12,793 nt of DNA from the NCBI GenBank assembly GCA_027251445.1, contig JAPNQO010000044.1:1-12793 (forward strand). The letters run 5' to 3'. This DNA comes from Fidelibacterota bacterium (GTDB lineage Bacteria > Fidelibacterota > Marinisomatia > Marinisomatales > TCS55). This document shows, piece after piece, positions 1 through 7,376 of the stretch. Every line of letters starts with the position of its first letter. The first letter of the stretch is position 1. The notes under the pieces were generated by a model, which ran no database searches, was not told the origin of the DNA, and was given only the letters and a program-made list of their open reading frames with translations. Made by a program: the position numbers and the translations under genes.

Positions 1-282
1 CCTATGGAATTTGCATTGCACCAAAATTATCCAAATCCATTTAATCCAACCACTTCCATAAAATTTGATCTTCCTAATGCTGGAAATGTAAAATTAGTTA
101 TTTATGATATGATGGGACGTGAAGTAAGAACTTTACTTAATAATAAAATAAATGCTGGCTTCCAGTCCGTTAAATGGGATGCAACAAATGATTTTGGGAA
201 ACCTGTTAGTGCAGGTGTGTATATTTACCAAATACAAGCCGATGGTTTCATTCAAAGTAAGAAAATGATACTATTGAAATAA
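1..282 (+). CDS. 3' end (partial) of a secreted protein with a T9SS/Por-type C-terminal sorting (FlgD Ig-like) domain
   Basis: Frame is open from base 1 (cct atg gaa..., 'PMEFALHQNYPNPFNP'). Hallmark motifs YPNPFNP, IYDMMGREVRTL, WDATNDFGKPVSAGVYIY and terminal KKMILLK. The ATG at 4 is probably internal. Confidence 0.9.
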   Translation, partial: PMEFALHQNYPNPFNPTTSIKFDLPNAGNVKLVIYDMMGREVRTLLNNKINAGFQSVKWDATNDFGKPVSAGVYIYQIQADGFIQSKKMILLK

Positions 283-304
283 TTTAAATTTCTAGTTCAA
301 CTCT

Positions 305-338
305 ATAAAAAACCCCGCTTTATTGTGGGGTTTTTTAT
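305..338 (+). terminator. Rho-independent terminator, probably bidirectional
   Basis: ATAAAAAACCCCGC-tttatt-GTGGGGTTTTTTAT inverted repeat (one G-U) with A-run before and T-run after, 22 nt past the stop at 282. Confidence 0.9.
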
Positions 339-390
339 TTATTCAAAACTTGGATATATTATACTATTCATCAATATATTCTTAATAGAT

Positions 391-1443
391 ATGGATTGGA
401 TAAAAGAAAATTTTGCCCTCATTAATGATCATCCCTTATTGCTAAGTGCGCTAATAGTATTATCATCTATTATCATTGCAAAATTAGCTGATATCATTCT
501 TACAAGAATTTTAAGTAGAGCAGTAAGAAAAACAGTTAGCGATCTTGATGATAAAATATTAGAACTATTTCATAAGCCAATATTCTATTCTTTATTATTC
601 ATTGGATTTTCATTTGCTGTAAAAGTAGCACAATTACCCAGTTATATTGACTACGCATTAGTGGGCGTATTTAAAACAATTACCATATTCATTTGGTTTA
701 TTGTTTTATTGAATGTTTTTTCTTTAACAGTTCTATGGGCGGCAAAACAGTCATCCAATCCTTTGCTACAGCATCGCACGTTACCACTGTTTAATAATCT
801 TGGGAAAATAGTCATTGTAACATTTGGCATTTATTTTATCCTATTAAGTTGGGATATAAATATTAATGGCTTTTTAGCATCTGCTGGTGTGCTTGGTATT
901 GTGTTAGGTTTAGCTGCGCAGGATACGGTATCTAATTTATTTGCAGGAATATTTTTAATGGCTGATTCACCTTTCAAGGAGGGGGATTATATTCTTCTAG
1001 ATACAGGTGAAAGAGGATATGTAAAAAAGATGGGAATACGTTCTACTCGGTTTATGACCAGGGATGATATAGAAATTACTATTCCTAATTCTGTTATTGC
1101 TTCTTCTAAGATTGTTAATGAAAGTGGTGGACCAGAAGATATTGAACGAGTTCGAATCAATATAGTGGTAGCATACGGTTCTGATATTGATGAAGTAAAA
1201 GATGTATTGAAAGAAATTGCATTAAACAATTCTAATGTATTAAAAGAACCAGAGCCAAGGGTTCGTTTTAGAAAATTTTCATCATCTGGATTAAAACTTC
1301 AATTACTGTTTTGGATATTCAAGCCTGCAATTCGAGGAAGAACAGTTGATGAAATCAATACAGATATATATAAGACGTTTTCAAAAAGGAATATTATTAT
1401 TCCTTATCCAACAGTGAATCTCATTACAAATAAAGATAGTTAG
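391..1443 (+). CDS. mscS: Small-conductance mechanosensitive channel family protein
   Basis: TM3 motif ASAGVLGIVLGLAAQDTVSNLFAGIFL, PFKEGDYI, GIRSTR, ITIPNS, VAYGSD, IIIPYP. Start moved to ATG 391 because GTG 325 lies inside the terminator stem. Confidence 0.92.
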   Translation: MDWIKENFALINDHPLLLSALIVLSSIIIAKLADIILTRILSRAVRKTVSDLDDKILELFHKPIFYSLLFIGFSFAVKVAQLPSYIDYALVGVFKTITIFIWFIVLLNVFSLTVLWAAKQSSNPLLQHRTLPLFNNLGKIVIVTFGIYFILLSWDININGFLASAGVLGIVLGLAAQDTVSNLFAGIFLMADSPFKEGDYILLDTGERGYVKKMGIRSTRFMTRDDIEITIPNSVIASSKIVNESGGPEDIERVRINIVVAYGSDIDEVKDVLKEIALNNSNVLKEPEPRVRFRKFSSSGLKLQLLFWIFKPAIRGRTVDEINTDIYKTFSKRNIIIPYPTVNLITNKDS

Positions 1444-1452
1444 ACTCATACC

Positions 1453-2481
1453 ATGAAAATTCAGTTGAGTAATTTTCATATTTTATTTTCTATCGGAGTT
1501 TCCATTCTATTCGCTTTAATGAATTTGTTGCAAGCAGACCAAATCAGTATTTCTTTATTAGTATCCCTTATTGTATTTGGATTACTCATTTTTACATTAG
1601 TAAGCATGGCGGATCCTTCCGTTATTAAATACTTGCACCATCATTTTGGAAATAATCTTGTATCTGCACTCATACCCTTAACAGGGTTATTCTTTATAAC
1701 TATTGGTTATTTAGCATTACTAAATCGTATAACGACTATAGATATACTTATATCAATATTATACATCTATTTACCAGCGTTTTTATTATGGTATGATCGT
1801 TCAAATGATAAAAAAATAAACTGGATGAACTTAAGTGCAATTCTTATTGTATGGCTCTTTATTGAGCTAGGCTTAGTTCCTAGTGTAAATATTCCAGATA
1901 AAGGTGGGGTTTTATTTTTTTTATTAATCGCATTGAATAGTATTATGTATAGTTTTTTAATAATTAGAGGTTTAGACAGTATTGGATATCGATTACAACC
2001 GAATAAGGAAGACTGGACATATTCATGCATATATCTGGGGTTGTTTATTGCCTTCTTTGCTATACCTATAGGATTTTTAACTAACTTTATTAATCAAACA
2101 ACTGAATGGATGCCACTATGGCAATTTCCTATTATACTTTTAGGAATATTTTTATTTACTGGACTTCCAGAAGAATTATTATTTCGTGGATTAATACATA
2201 ATCTTTTAGCAAAACGATTTAGCAAAACGTCACCCTTACTTATATTATTCTTTTCTTCTATAATTTTTGGATTGGCCCATATAAATAATAATGACCCTCC
2301 ATTTATATACATTCAATTGTTTGGGAATGAGCTGCCAATCCCTTGGGCATATATAATTTTATCAAGTATAGCTGGGTGGTTTTATGGATTAGCATATATT
2401 CGTACAGGTAGTATTTTAGCTCCTGCCATATTGCATGCTATGGTAGATGGATGGTGGGTGTATTTTTTTAACCCTAATTGA
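1453..2481 (+). CDS. CPBP family intramembrane glutamic endopeptidase (CAAX protease/Abi)
   Basis: Polytopic membrane protein with EELLFRG (EExxxR), FGLAH (FxxxH) and HAMVD (HxxxB) motifs. Confidence 0.9.
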   Translation: MKIQLSNFHILFSIGVSILFALMNLLQADQISISLLVSLIVFGLLIFTLVSMADPSVIKYLHHHFGNNLVSALIPLTGLFFITIGYLALLNRITTIDILISILYIYLPAFLLWYDRSNDKKINWMNLSAILIVWLFIELGLVPSVNIPDKGGVLFFLLIALNSIMYSFLIIRGLDSIGYRLQPNKEDWTYSCIYLGLFIAFFAIPIGFLTNFINQTTEWMPLWQFPIILLGIFLFTGLPEELLFRGLIHNLLAKRFSKTSPLLILFFSSIIFGLAHINNNDPPFIYIQLFGNELPIPWAYIILSSIAGWFYGLAYIRTGSILAPAILHAMVDGWWVYFFNPN

Positions 2482-2492
2482 TAGGAAATAAT

Positions 2493-2849
2493 ATGATAGA
2501 TATAATAATGAAACGATTTGACTCACCAGATCAGGTGCGAGAATTTGATAAAGGGAAATTTGAAATTATTGATATGGAGAAAATGACAATAGGTAAAGCT
2601 ACCTATGCTCCTGGATGGAAATGGTCTATTGATGTATCTCCATTATCTGGTACACAATTTTGTGAAGTAGAACATCTTGGAATGGTTTTATCAGGAAGTG
2701 CGACAGTTGCATTCGAAAATGGAGAAATATATACCTTGAAAAAAGGAGATATATTTTATGTGTCACCATTACCACATGATAGTTGGGTTGTTGGTGATGA
2801 TGAATATGTTTCTCTACATTTTATTGGAGCTGAAAAGTACGCTGATTGA
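2493..2849 (+). CDS. Cupin domain protein
   Basis: PGWKWS...FCEVEHLGMVLSG...GDIFYVSPLPHDSWVVGDD cupin pattern. ATG 2493 has AGGA 6 nt upstream; the track's TTG 2478 is the alternative start. Confidence 0.85.
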   Translation: MIDIIMKRFDSPDQVREFDKGKFEIIDMEKMTIGKATYAPGWKWSIDVSPLSGTQFCEVEHLGMVLSGSATVAFENGEIYTLKKGDIFYVSPLPHDSWVVGDDEYVSLHFIGAEKYAD

Positions 2850-2876
2850 ATTAATACATTTTCTCCATTTTCTTTA

Positions 2877-2906
2877 TTGCATCGAATAATCTTTAATCAT
2901 TATTAT
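2877..2906 (+). promoter_or_regulatory. Candidate sigma70 promoter for the leader-peptide transcript
   Basis: TTGCAT (2877-2882), 18-nt spacer, TATTAT (2901-2906). AT-rich background lowers specificity. Confidence 0.4.
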
Positions 2907-2938
2907 TTAAAGTCTGATTAAAGACTGTTGGGTTAAAC

Positions 2939-3007
2939 ATGATAAACAATATTAATAATAATCACATTATTTGGATGACCTATCCAAGAAAGAGATGGTC
3001 TTTTTAG
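2939..3007 (+). CDS. Putative attenuator leader peptide, 22 aa (MINNINNNHIIWMTYPRKRWSF)
   Basis: ATG 2939 to TAG 3005-3007, translated by hand. Its 3' end overlaps the 5' arm of an antiterminator that competes with the downstream terminator. Confidence 0.65.
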   Translation: MINNINNNHIIWMTYPRKRWSF

Positions 3008-3063
3008 TTTAGATAAATGAAAAATTAAATTAAAAAGACCCGCTAAAAAGCGGGTTTTTTTTT
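2977..3063 (+). promoter_or_regulatory. Transcription attenuator (protector 1:2, antiterminator 2:3, terminator 3:4)
   Basis: 1:2 = GACCtATC 2977-2984 / GATGGTC 2994-3000. 2:3 = GGTCTTTTTAGTTTAG 2997-3012 / TTAAATTAAAAAGACC 3025-3040 (16 bp, 2 G-U). 3:4 = ACCCGC 3038-3043 / GCGGGT 3050-3055 plus T-run to 3063. Confidence 0.72.
3032..3063 (+). terminator. Rho-independent terminator (also usable on the - strand)
   Basis: AAAAAGACCCGC-taaaaa-GCGGGTTTTTTTTT. On the - strand the hairpin is followed by CUUUUUAAUUU. Confidence 0.9.
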
Positions 3064-3069
3064 GCCTTT

Positions 3070-3174
3070 TTGCAGCGTAGGCTATTAGCTTCTCTCACCT
3101 CCTTAGCTACCTTCAATATATGAGAGCGACAGGTTGGATTTTGGCTTCCATGTCTGTCATTGCCTGCGCTGCAA
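3070..3174. ncRNA. Candidate structured RNA (three-way junction), family not recognised
   Basis: GC-rich island in AT-rich intergenic DNA. P1 3070-3082/3162-3174 (13 bp, 1 G-U), P2 3092-3097/3121-3126, P3 3128-3138/3147-3158. Contains TCACCTCCTTA at 3095-3105. Confidence 0.6.
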
Positions 3175-3175
3175 T

Positions 3176-3204
3176 AATATAAATCAAATAGTAGAAACTT
3201 CCAA
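3176..3204 (-). promoter_or_regulatory. Candidate sigma70 promoter firing into the structured RNA
   Basis: On the - strand: TTGGAA (3204-3199), 17-nt spacer, TATATT (3181-3176). Predicted start ~3170-3169, near the base of stem P1. Confidence 0.5.
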
Positions 3205-3277
3205 TTATCTATCATTTTCCAGTGTATTTTGTAGTTTTATTATATTTACATAGATTCTTAAGAATAATATTCTTTAC

Positions 3278-3820
3278 ATGAACTTCTTAATTCAATTAAT
3301 ACAAAACTACAGCGATCGCTACCCAAGTGAAAAGGTCGCAATTACTATGTTATCATTTATTGAAAATCATACAAACCACTTTTCCAGAACTAACCATCAT
3401 GGTCATTTTACTGGATCTGCTTGGATTATAAATCCTGATAAAACAAAAATATTAATGACCCACCATAAAAAAATTGGTAAGTGGTTGCAGCTAGGTGGGC
3501 ATGCAGATGGTGAAAGTGATTTATTAAAAGTATCACAGCGCGAGGCCGTAGAAGAATCTGGTATTAATAATTTTGTTACTATAAGTAATGAAATATTTGA
3601 TATGGATATTCATGAGATACCACCCATAGGTTCAGACCCAAAGCATTTACATTATGATATCAGATTCTTACTACAAGCTGATCCCGATAAGGAATCTTTA
3701 ATCATAAGTAATGAATCTCATGATGTCGCATGGATACCTTTAGATAAAATTGCACATTACAATTCTGAACAATCAATAATGCGCATGGTCGATAAGACAA
3801 AAATATTGAACCAATTGTAA
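3278..3820 (+). CDS. NUDIX hydrolase
   Basis: Nudix box GGHADGESDLLKVSQREAVEESG, with GHFTGSAWI, HKKIGKWLQLGGH, DIHEIP and HLHYDIRFL subfamily motifs. Confidence 0.93.
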   Translation: MNFLIQLIQNYSDRYPSEKVAITMLSFIENHTNHFSRTNHHGHFTGSAWIINPDKTKILMTHHKKIGKWLQLGGHADGESDLLKVSQREAVEESGINNFVTISNEIFDMDIHEIPPIGSDPKHLHYDIRFLLQADPDKESLIISNESHDVAWIPLDKIAHYNSEQSIMRMVDKTKILNQL

Positions 3821-3888
3821 GACATTATTTTTCTTTTTATTAATTGAATATTTTCTCTAAGCATCCTATCTTGTTCTGTAGCAATAAT

Positions 3889-3897
3889 TAAGGAGGT
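3889..3897 (+). promoter_or_regulatory. Strong Shine-Dalgarno sequence of the TonB-dependent receptor gene
   Basis: TAAGGAGGT, with AGGAGG (3891-3896) 11 nt upstream of ATG 3908. Confidence 0.75.
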
Positions 3898-3907
3898 TAA
3901 TGCCAAT

Positions 3908-6526
3908 ATGAGGAAATTAACAGTGTATACACCAATACAATTAGTTTTCATTCTTTGTATGACCAACTTTCTTTTAGCCATAGAAGTAAGTGGTCTCGTA
4001 ACGGATCAAAATGGTCGTCCATTACCTGGAGCAAATATCATGATTGAGGGTACTGAAATAGGCTCCGCTTCAGATACAGAGGGTCGTTTTTCTTTTACGT
4101 ATGACACAGATGAAGAGTTTGTTATAGTGGTATCCTATATAGGATATGGATCGTATCGTCAGACATATGAATCTGGAGATGATTTAACAGATTTAACGAT
4201 CGTAATGGATCAAGGAAATTTATTTGGGCAGGAAGTAACGGTAATGGCGCGGAAGAAGGAAGAAGCCATAAAGGAAGTACCCATTTCTATGGTTGCGATG
4301 CGTAAGGAAACGATTGAGGATATGGGCGCTACTTCCATAGAAGATTTAACCGTAATGGTTCCTAATGTCTTTGTGCGGGAAGATCCAGATGTTGCTAGTT
4401 TTACAATTAGAGGAATTGAGGGGGGCGCAAGAAATCCTGGAATGGGAACCACAGAAGGGATATATCTAGATGGTATTGTGATGGGAAGGCCAAATTTTAT
4501 TATAACAGATGTTGCGGAAATGGAAAGCGTTGAGTTTTTACGTGGTCCACAGGGTACCTTATTTGGACGAAACACAATTTCAGGTGCCATTAATTTAATT
4601 ACGGTAAAGCCCAAGCCTGGATTTTCTGGTTCAGTATTAGTAGAGAATGGTAATTCAGGTCATCAAAAGCTTAAAGTCTCAACTAATATGCAAATAACAG
4701 ATAATATTTATCATAGATTATCATTGCTTTCTTTTGATTTGGACGCACATCAAATCAATACTAGTTCATTTGCTAAAAGTGATGATATTTATAAAGATAA
4801 TATAGGGATCCGGTATGCATTACGTGCTTTGCCAACACCCAAATTAACTATTGATCTAAGTTATGATTATTTTAGTCAATACAATACGCAAATGGGAAAT
4901 CATGTCTCTGATTGGCATTTCAATAGTGATGTTCCAAATTATAATAGACAAAGATTAGATTCTCTTGCTTTGGAATTATATAAGCTCTATCCTGAAGATA
5001 TGGAGTACCTTTCAGATTCCAATGGTGATATTACGGATAATGGTAATTCATCATATAATCATGATGTATCAGGTTGGAGTAAAAGGCTTGTTCGTAGTCT
5101 GTCGCTAAATACAATATATCAAATTAACGATAATATGAATTTTGTTAGTCTAATTGGTTATCGGGATGGTGATCATCATTATTTTAATGATGAAGATGGT
5201 GTTGGTTTAAATTTACTTACAGGGAAATGGACTGATATTGGTGAACAAAAAAGTGTAGAACTTCGCTTAGAGTCTTCATCCGATAATTTGTCCTGGATAG
5301 GAGGAGTATATTATTATAATTTATACGAGACCCTTGATGCTCCGGTTTTCCCTAAACCATTATTTTTTCATATACGTGCTGGTATCCCTATGTTTTTGGC
5401 TAGGCAATATGATGGCGTGACCGTTCATCCATTTGGTGGTGGAACTACAGAAAGTATAGGTGCTTTTATATCAGCTGATTATAAAATATCACATCGATTA
5501 ATGGTTACTGGGGGTGCACGCTATACCCAAGATGATAAAGAATTTACATATCGTCAGGATGGGTTGCCTACATTTGGATATATTCACTTTCCTCCAGATA
5601 ATGATGGTGATAACCTACCTGATGGTAATTTTGATAGTACTGCAAGTTGGAATGCAATCACTCCATCGTTAAGTATGAAATATGCAGCAACAACACTTAC
5701 AAATATATATGGTACAATGTCAAAAGGGTATAAAAGTGGGGGATTTAATCTGGATTACGTATCAAGCTGGGAATCTGTAGCTATCCCTTTCAAGCCAGAA
5801 TTTATTACAAATTATGAAATTGGAATTAAAACAGCGAACCGCAAAAATACCATGTATCTTAATACAGCTTTCTTTTACATGGATTATATCAATATGCAAA
5901 GAGCTATTTTCCAAGACTTGTATGAAGGTTACACTATTAGCAATGCTGCAAGTGCTTTAATTAAAGGATTAGAAACTGAGGTTTCAGTTCGTTTATTACA
6001 AAATGCTCTAACATTAGTTGGTGGTTTTGGTATTATAGAAGCAACATTCAATGAGTTTAGAGATGCATATTTTAATGGGTATTGGAATGAAGGTGAAGAT
6101 TATGTAGATACAAATAATAATGGGCAATATGATGATGGCGAAGAATGGACAGACATGGATAATGACTTTTCAGGTGAAACTATATCAGAATTTCCTAAAT
6201 TGACTTGGAACTTTTTAGCTGACTTTCGTTTGCCAATAAGTAATAAAATGATGCTTGTTGCACAAATTCAAGCAGACTTCATAGATGAAAAACAAAGCCA
6301 ATTGTCTAGTACAGATGCATTCAATCTACTCCGTGATGATGCTCGCACACTTGTTGATGCTCGTATTGGTTTTGAAACTAGATCATGGAATGTCTACGCT
6401 TGGGTTCAAAATATGTTTAATGTAGAATATATAAGTTGGACTGGGGAAAATGGTTATATTGGAGTTTTAGAGCGAGATTATGGATTGCCAACAAGACTAG
6501 GGTTAAGAGCCTCGTATAGATTTTAA
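3908..6526 (+). CDS. TonB-dependent receptor with N-terminal CarboxypepD_reg-like extension
   Basis: Signal peptide; VSGLVTDQNGRPLPGANI...SYIGY N-terminal domain; plug motifs VTVMARKKEE, IRGI, GIYLDG, VEFLRGPQGTLFGRNTISGAINLIT; GYKSGGFN; C-terminal beta strand ending YRF. Confidence 0.95.
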   Translation: MRKLTVYTPIQLVFILCMTNFLLAIEVSGLVTDQNGRPLPGANIMIEGTEIGSASDTEGRFSFTYDTDEEFVIVVSYIGYGSYRQTYESGDDLTDLTIVMDQGNLFGQEVTVMARKKEEAIKEVPISMVAMRKETIEDMGATSIEDLTVMVPNVFVREDPDVASFTIRGIEGGARNPGMGTTEGIYLDGIVMGRPNFIITDVAEMESVEFLRGPQGTLFGRNTISGAINLITVKPKPGFSGSVLVENGNSGHQKLKVSTNMQITDNIYHRLSLLSFDLDAHQINTSSFAKSDDIYKDNIGIRYALRALPTPKLTIDLSYDYFSQYNTQMGNHVSDWHFNSDVPNYNRQRLDSLALELYKLYPEDMEYLSDSNGDITDNGNSSYNHDVSGWSKRLVRSLSLNTIYQINDNMNFVSLIGYRDGDHHYFNDEDGVGLNLLTGKWTDIGEQKSVELRLESSSDNLSWIGGVYYYNLYETLDAPVFPKPLFFHIRAGIPMFLARQYDGVTVHPFGGGTTESIGAFISADYKISHRLMVTGGARYTQDDKEFTYRQDGLPTFGYIHFPPDNDGDNLPDGNFDSTASWNAITPSLSMKYAATTLTNIYGTMSKGYKSGGFNLDYVSSWESVAIPFKPEFITNYEIGIKTANRKNTMYLNTAFFYMDYINMQRAIFQDLYEGYTISNAASALIKGLETEVSVRLLQNALTLVGGFGIIEATFNEFRDAYFNGYWNEGEDYVDTNNNGQYDDGEEWTDMDNDFSGETISEFPKLTWNFLADFRLPISNKMMLVAQIQADFIDEKQSQLSSTDAFNLLRDDARTLVDARIGFETRSWNVYAWVQNMFNVEYISWTGENGYIGVLERDYGLPTRLGLRASYRF

Positions 6527-6847
6527 ATGAAATTCGTATTTATATTTTTATTATTATTTGGGTGTAGCTCAAAAGAAATGAAACAGTATGATCAAATTAT
6601 GGAGGCATCCTGTGGACAGTGTATGTTTGCTATGGATGAACAAGTGGGATGCGATCTTGCAGTTAGAATAGATACAAAAGCATTCTTTGTAGAAGGAGCA
6701 GCTATTGATGATTTTGGTGACGCTCATGCAGAAGATGGTTTTTGCAATTCTATACGTAGAGCAAAGGTAAAAGGTCATCTTAAAGAATCAAGCTTTGTTG
6801 TTACTTCATTTGAACTATTATCTGATGACCCATCTCCAGAATCGTAA
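6527..6847 (+). CDS. Small Cys/His-containing putative lipoprotein (resembles DUF6370 family)
   Basis: Lipobox-like LLLFGC; EASCGQCMF...GCDLAVRID...IDDFGDAHAEDGFCN. Family name recalled, not searched. ATG directly follows the upstream TAA. Confidence 0.75.
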   Translation: MKFVFIFLLLFGCSSKEMKQYDQIMEASCGQCMFAMDEQVGCDLAVRIDTKAFFVEGAAIDDFGDAHAEDGFCNSIRRAKVKGHLKESSFVVTSFELLSDDPSPES

Positions 6848-6866
6848 TCTTTAAATTATTATTTTT

Positions 6867-7376
6867 GTGAAAAGATTATTATTTATTTTTTGTTTTATTA
6901 GTGTAATTACCGCACAGTTTGAACCTTCTAATACACAATATAAAGGATTCTCAAAAATTAACTGTCTGGGTTTAATTATATCTGGACTAGAAGATGAATT
7001 ATTGTTATCAAAAATTGAAAAGTCATTCTTTTCTTTTGGTGAAAAAACATTAACAAAACAAATAAAATTAGGCTTCTTCACTGATTGTCCACTGTATCCA
7101 TTATCCATCCATTTTTTTACAATACAAAATAAGGATGGCACATTTTCTGGAACTATTAGTGTTGCATTAGAAGCAACGGCTGAATCAACAACTATTGAAG
7201 TAAAATATCCTTCTGTAGATGAAGAAAACTGGTATTACCAAGTAGGGTTTATGCCTATTATTGAAGATAAAAAAGTAATTAGTAATTCGGATAATTCTTA
7301 TATGCTATCTCAAACAAACATACTTCTTCAAAGAGTATTAGATCAGTTTGCATTACATTTGATTGAAAACCCCTAA
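6867..7376 (+). CDS. Hypothetical exported protein
   Basis: 169-aa ORF with GTG start and Sec-type signal peptide (MKRLLFIFCFISVITAQ); co-oriented and fills the gap between neighbours. Confidence 0.7.
   Translation: MKRLLFIFCFISVITAQFEPSNTQYKGFSKINCLGLIISGLEDELLLSKIEKSFFSFGEKTLTKQIKLGFFTDCPLYPLSIHFFTIQNKDGTFSGTISVALEATAESTTIEVKYPSVDEENWYYQVGFMPIIEDKKVISNSDNSYMLSQTNILLQRVLDQFALHLIENP

Noticed and set aside
325..390. N-terminal extension of MscS from GTG 325
   Set aside because: The start lies within the terminator stem; ATG 391 is more plausible.
987..2312. Minus-strand ORFs 987-1229, 1767-2030 and 2094-2312
   Set aside because: Antisense shadows of well-supported mscS and CPBP genes with no recognisable motifs.
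2987..2995. RKR (+X+) macrolide-arrest motif in the leader peptide
   Set aside because: Stalling there would cover segment 2 and favour termination, and no resistance gene follows.
3095..3105. 16S rRNA gene fragment
   Set aside because: Only the 11-nt tail matches; the upstream helix-45 sequence (GTAACC...GCGGCTGGA) is absent.
3030..3215. 61-aa minus-strand ORF; also considered as a type I toxin
   Set aside because: Runs through the RNA stems and terminator, starts upstream of the - strand promoter, and has no hydrophobic helix; the perfect SD is internal with no start codon at proper spacing.
3900..3911. Mini-ORF ATG CCA ATA TGA overlapping the receptor start (ATGA)
   Set aside because: Only 3 nt from AGGAGG, too close for efficient initiation; likely chance.
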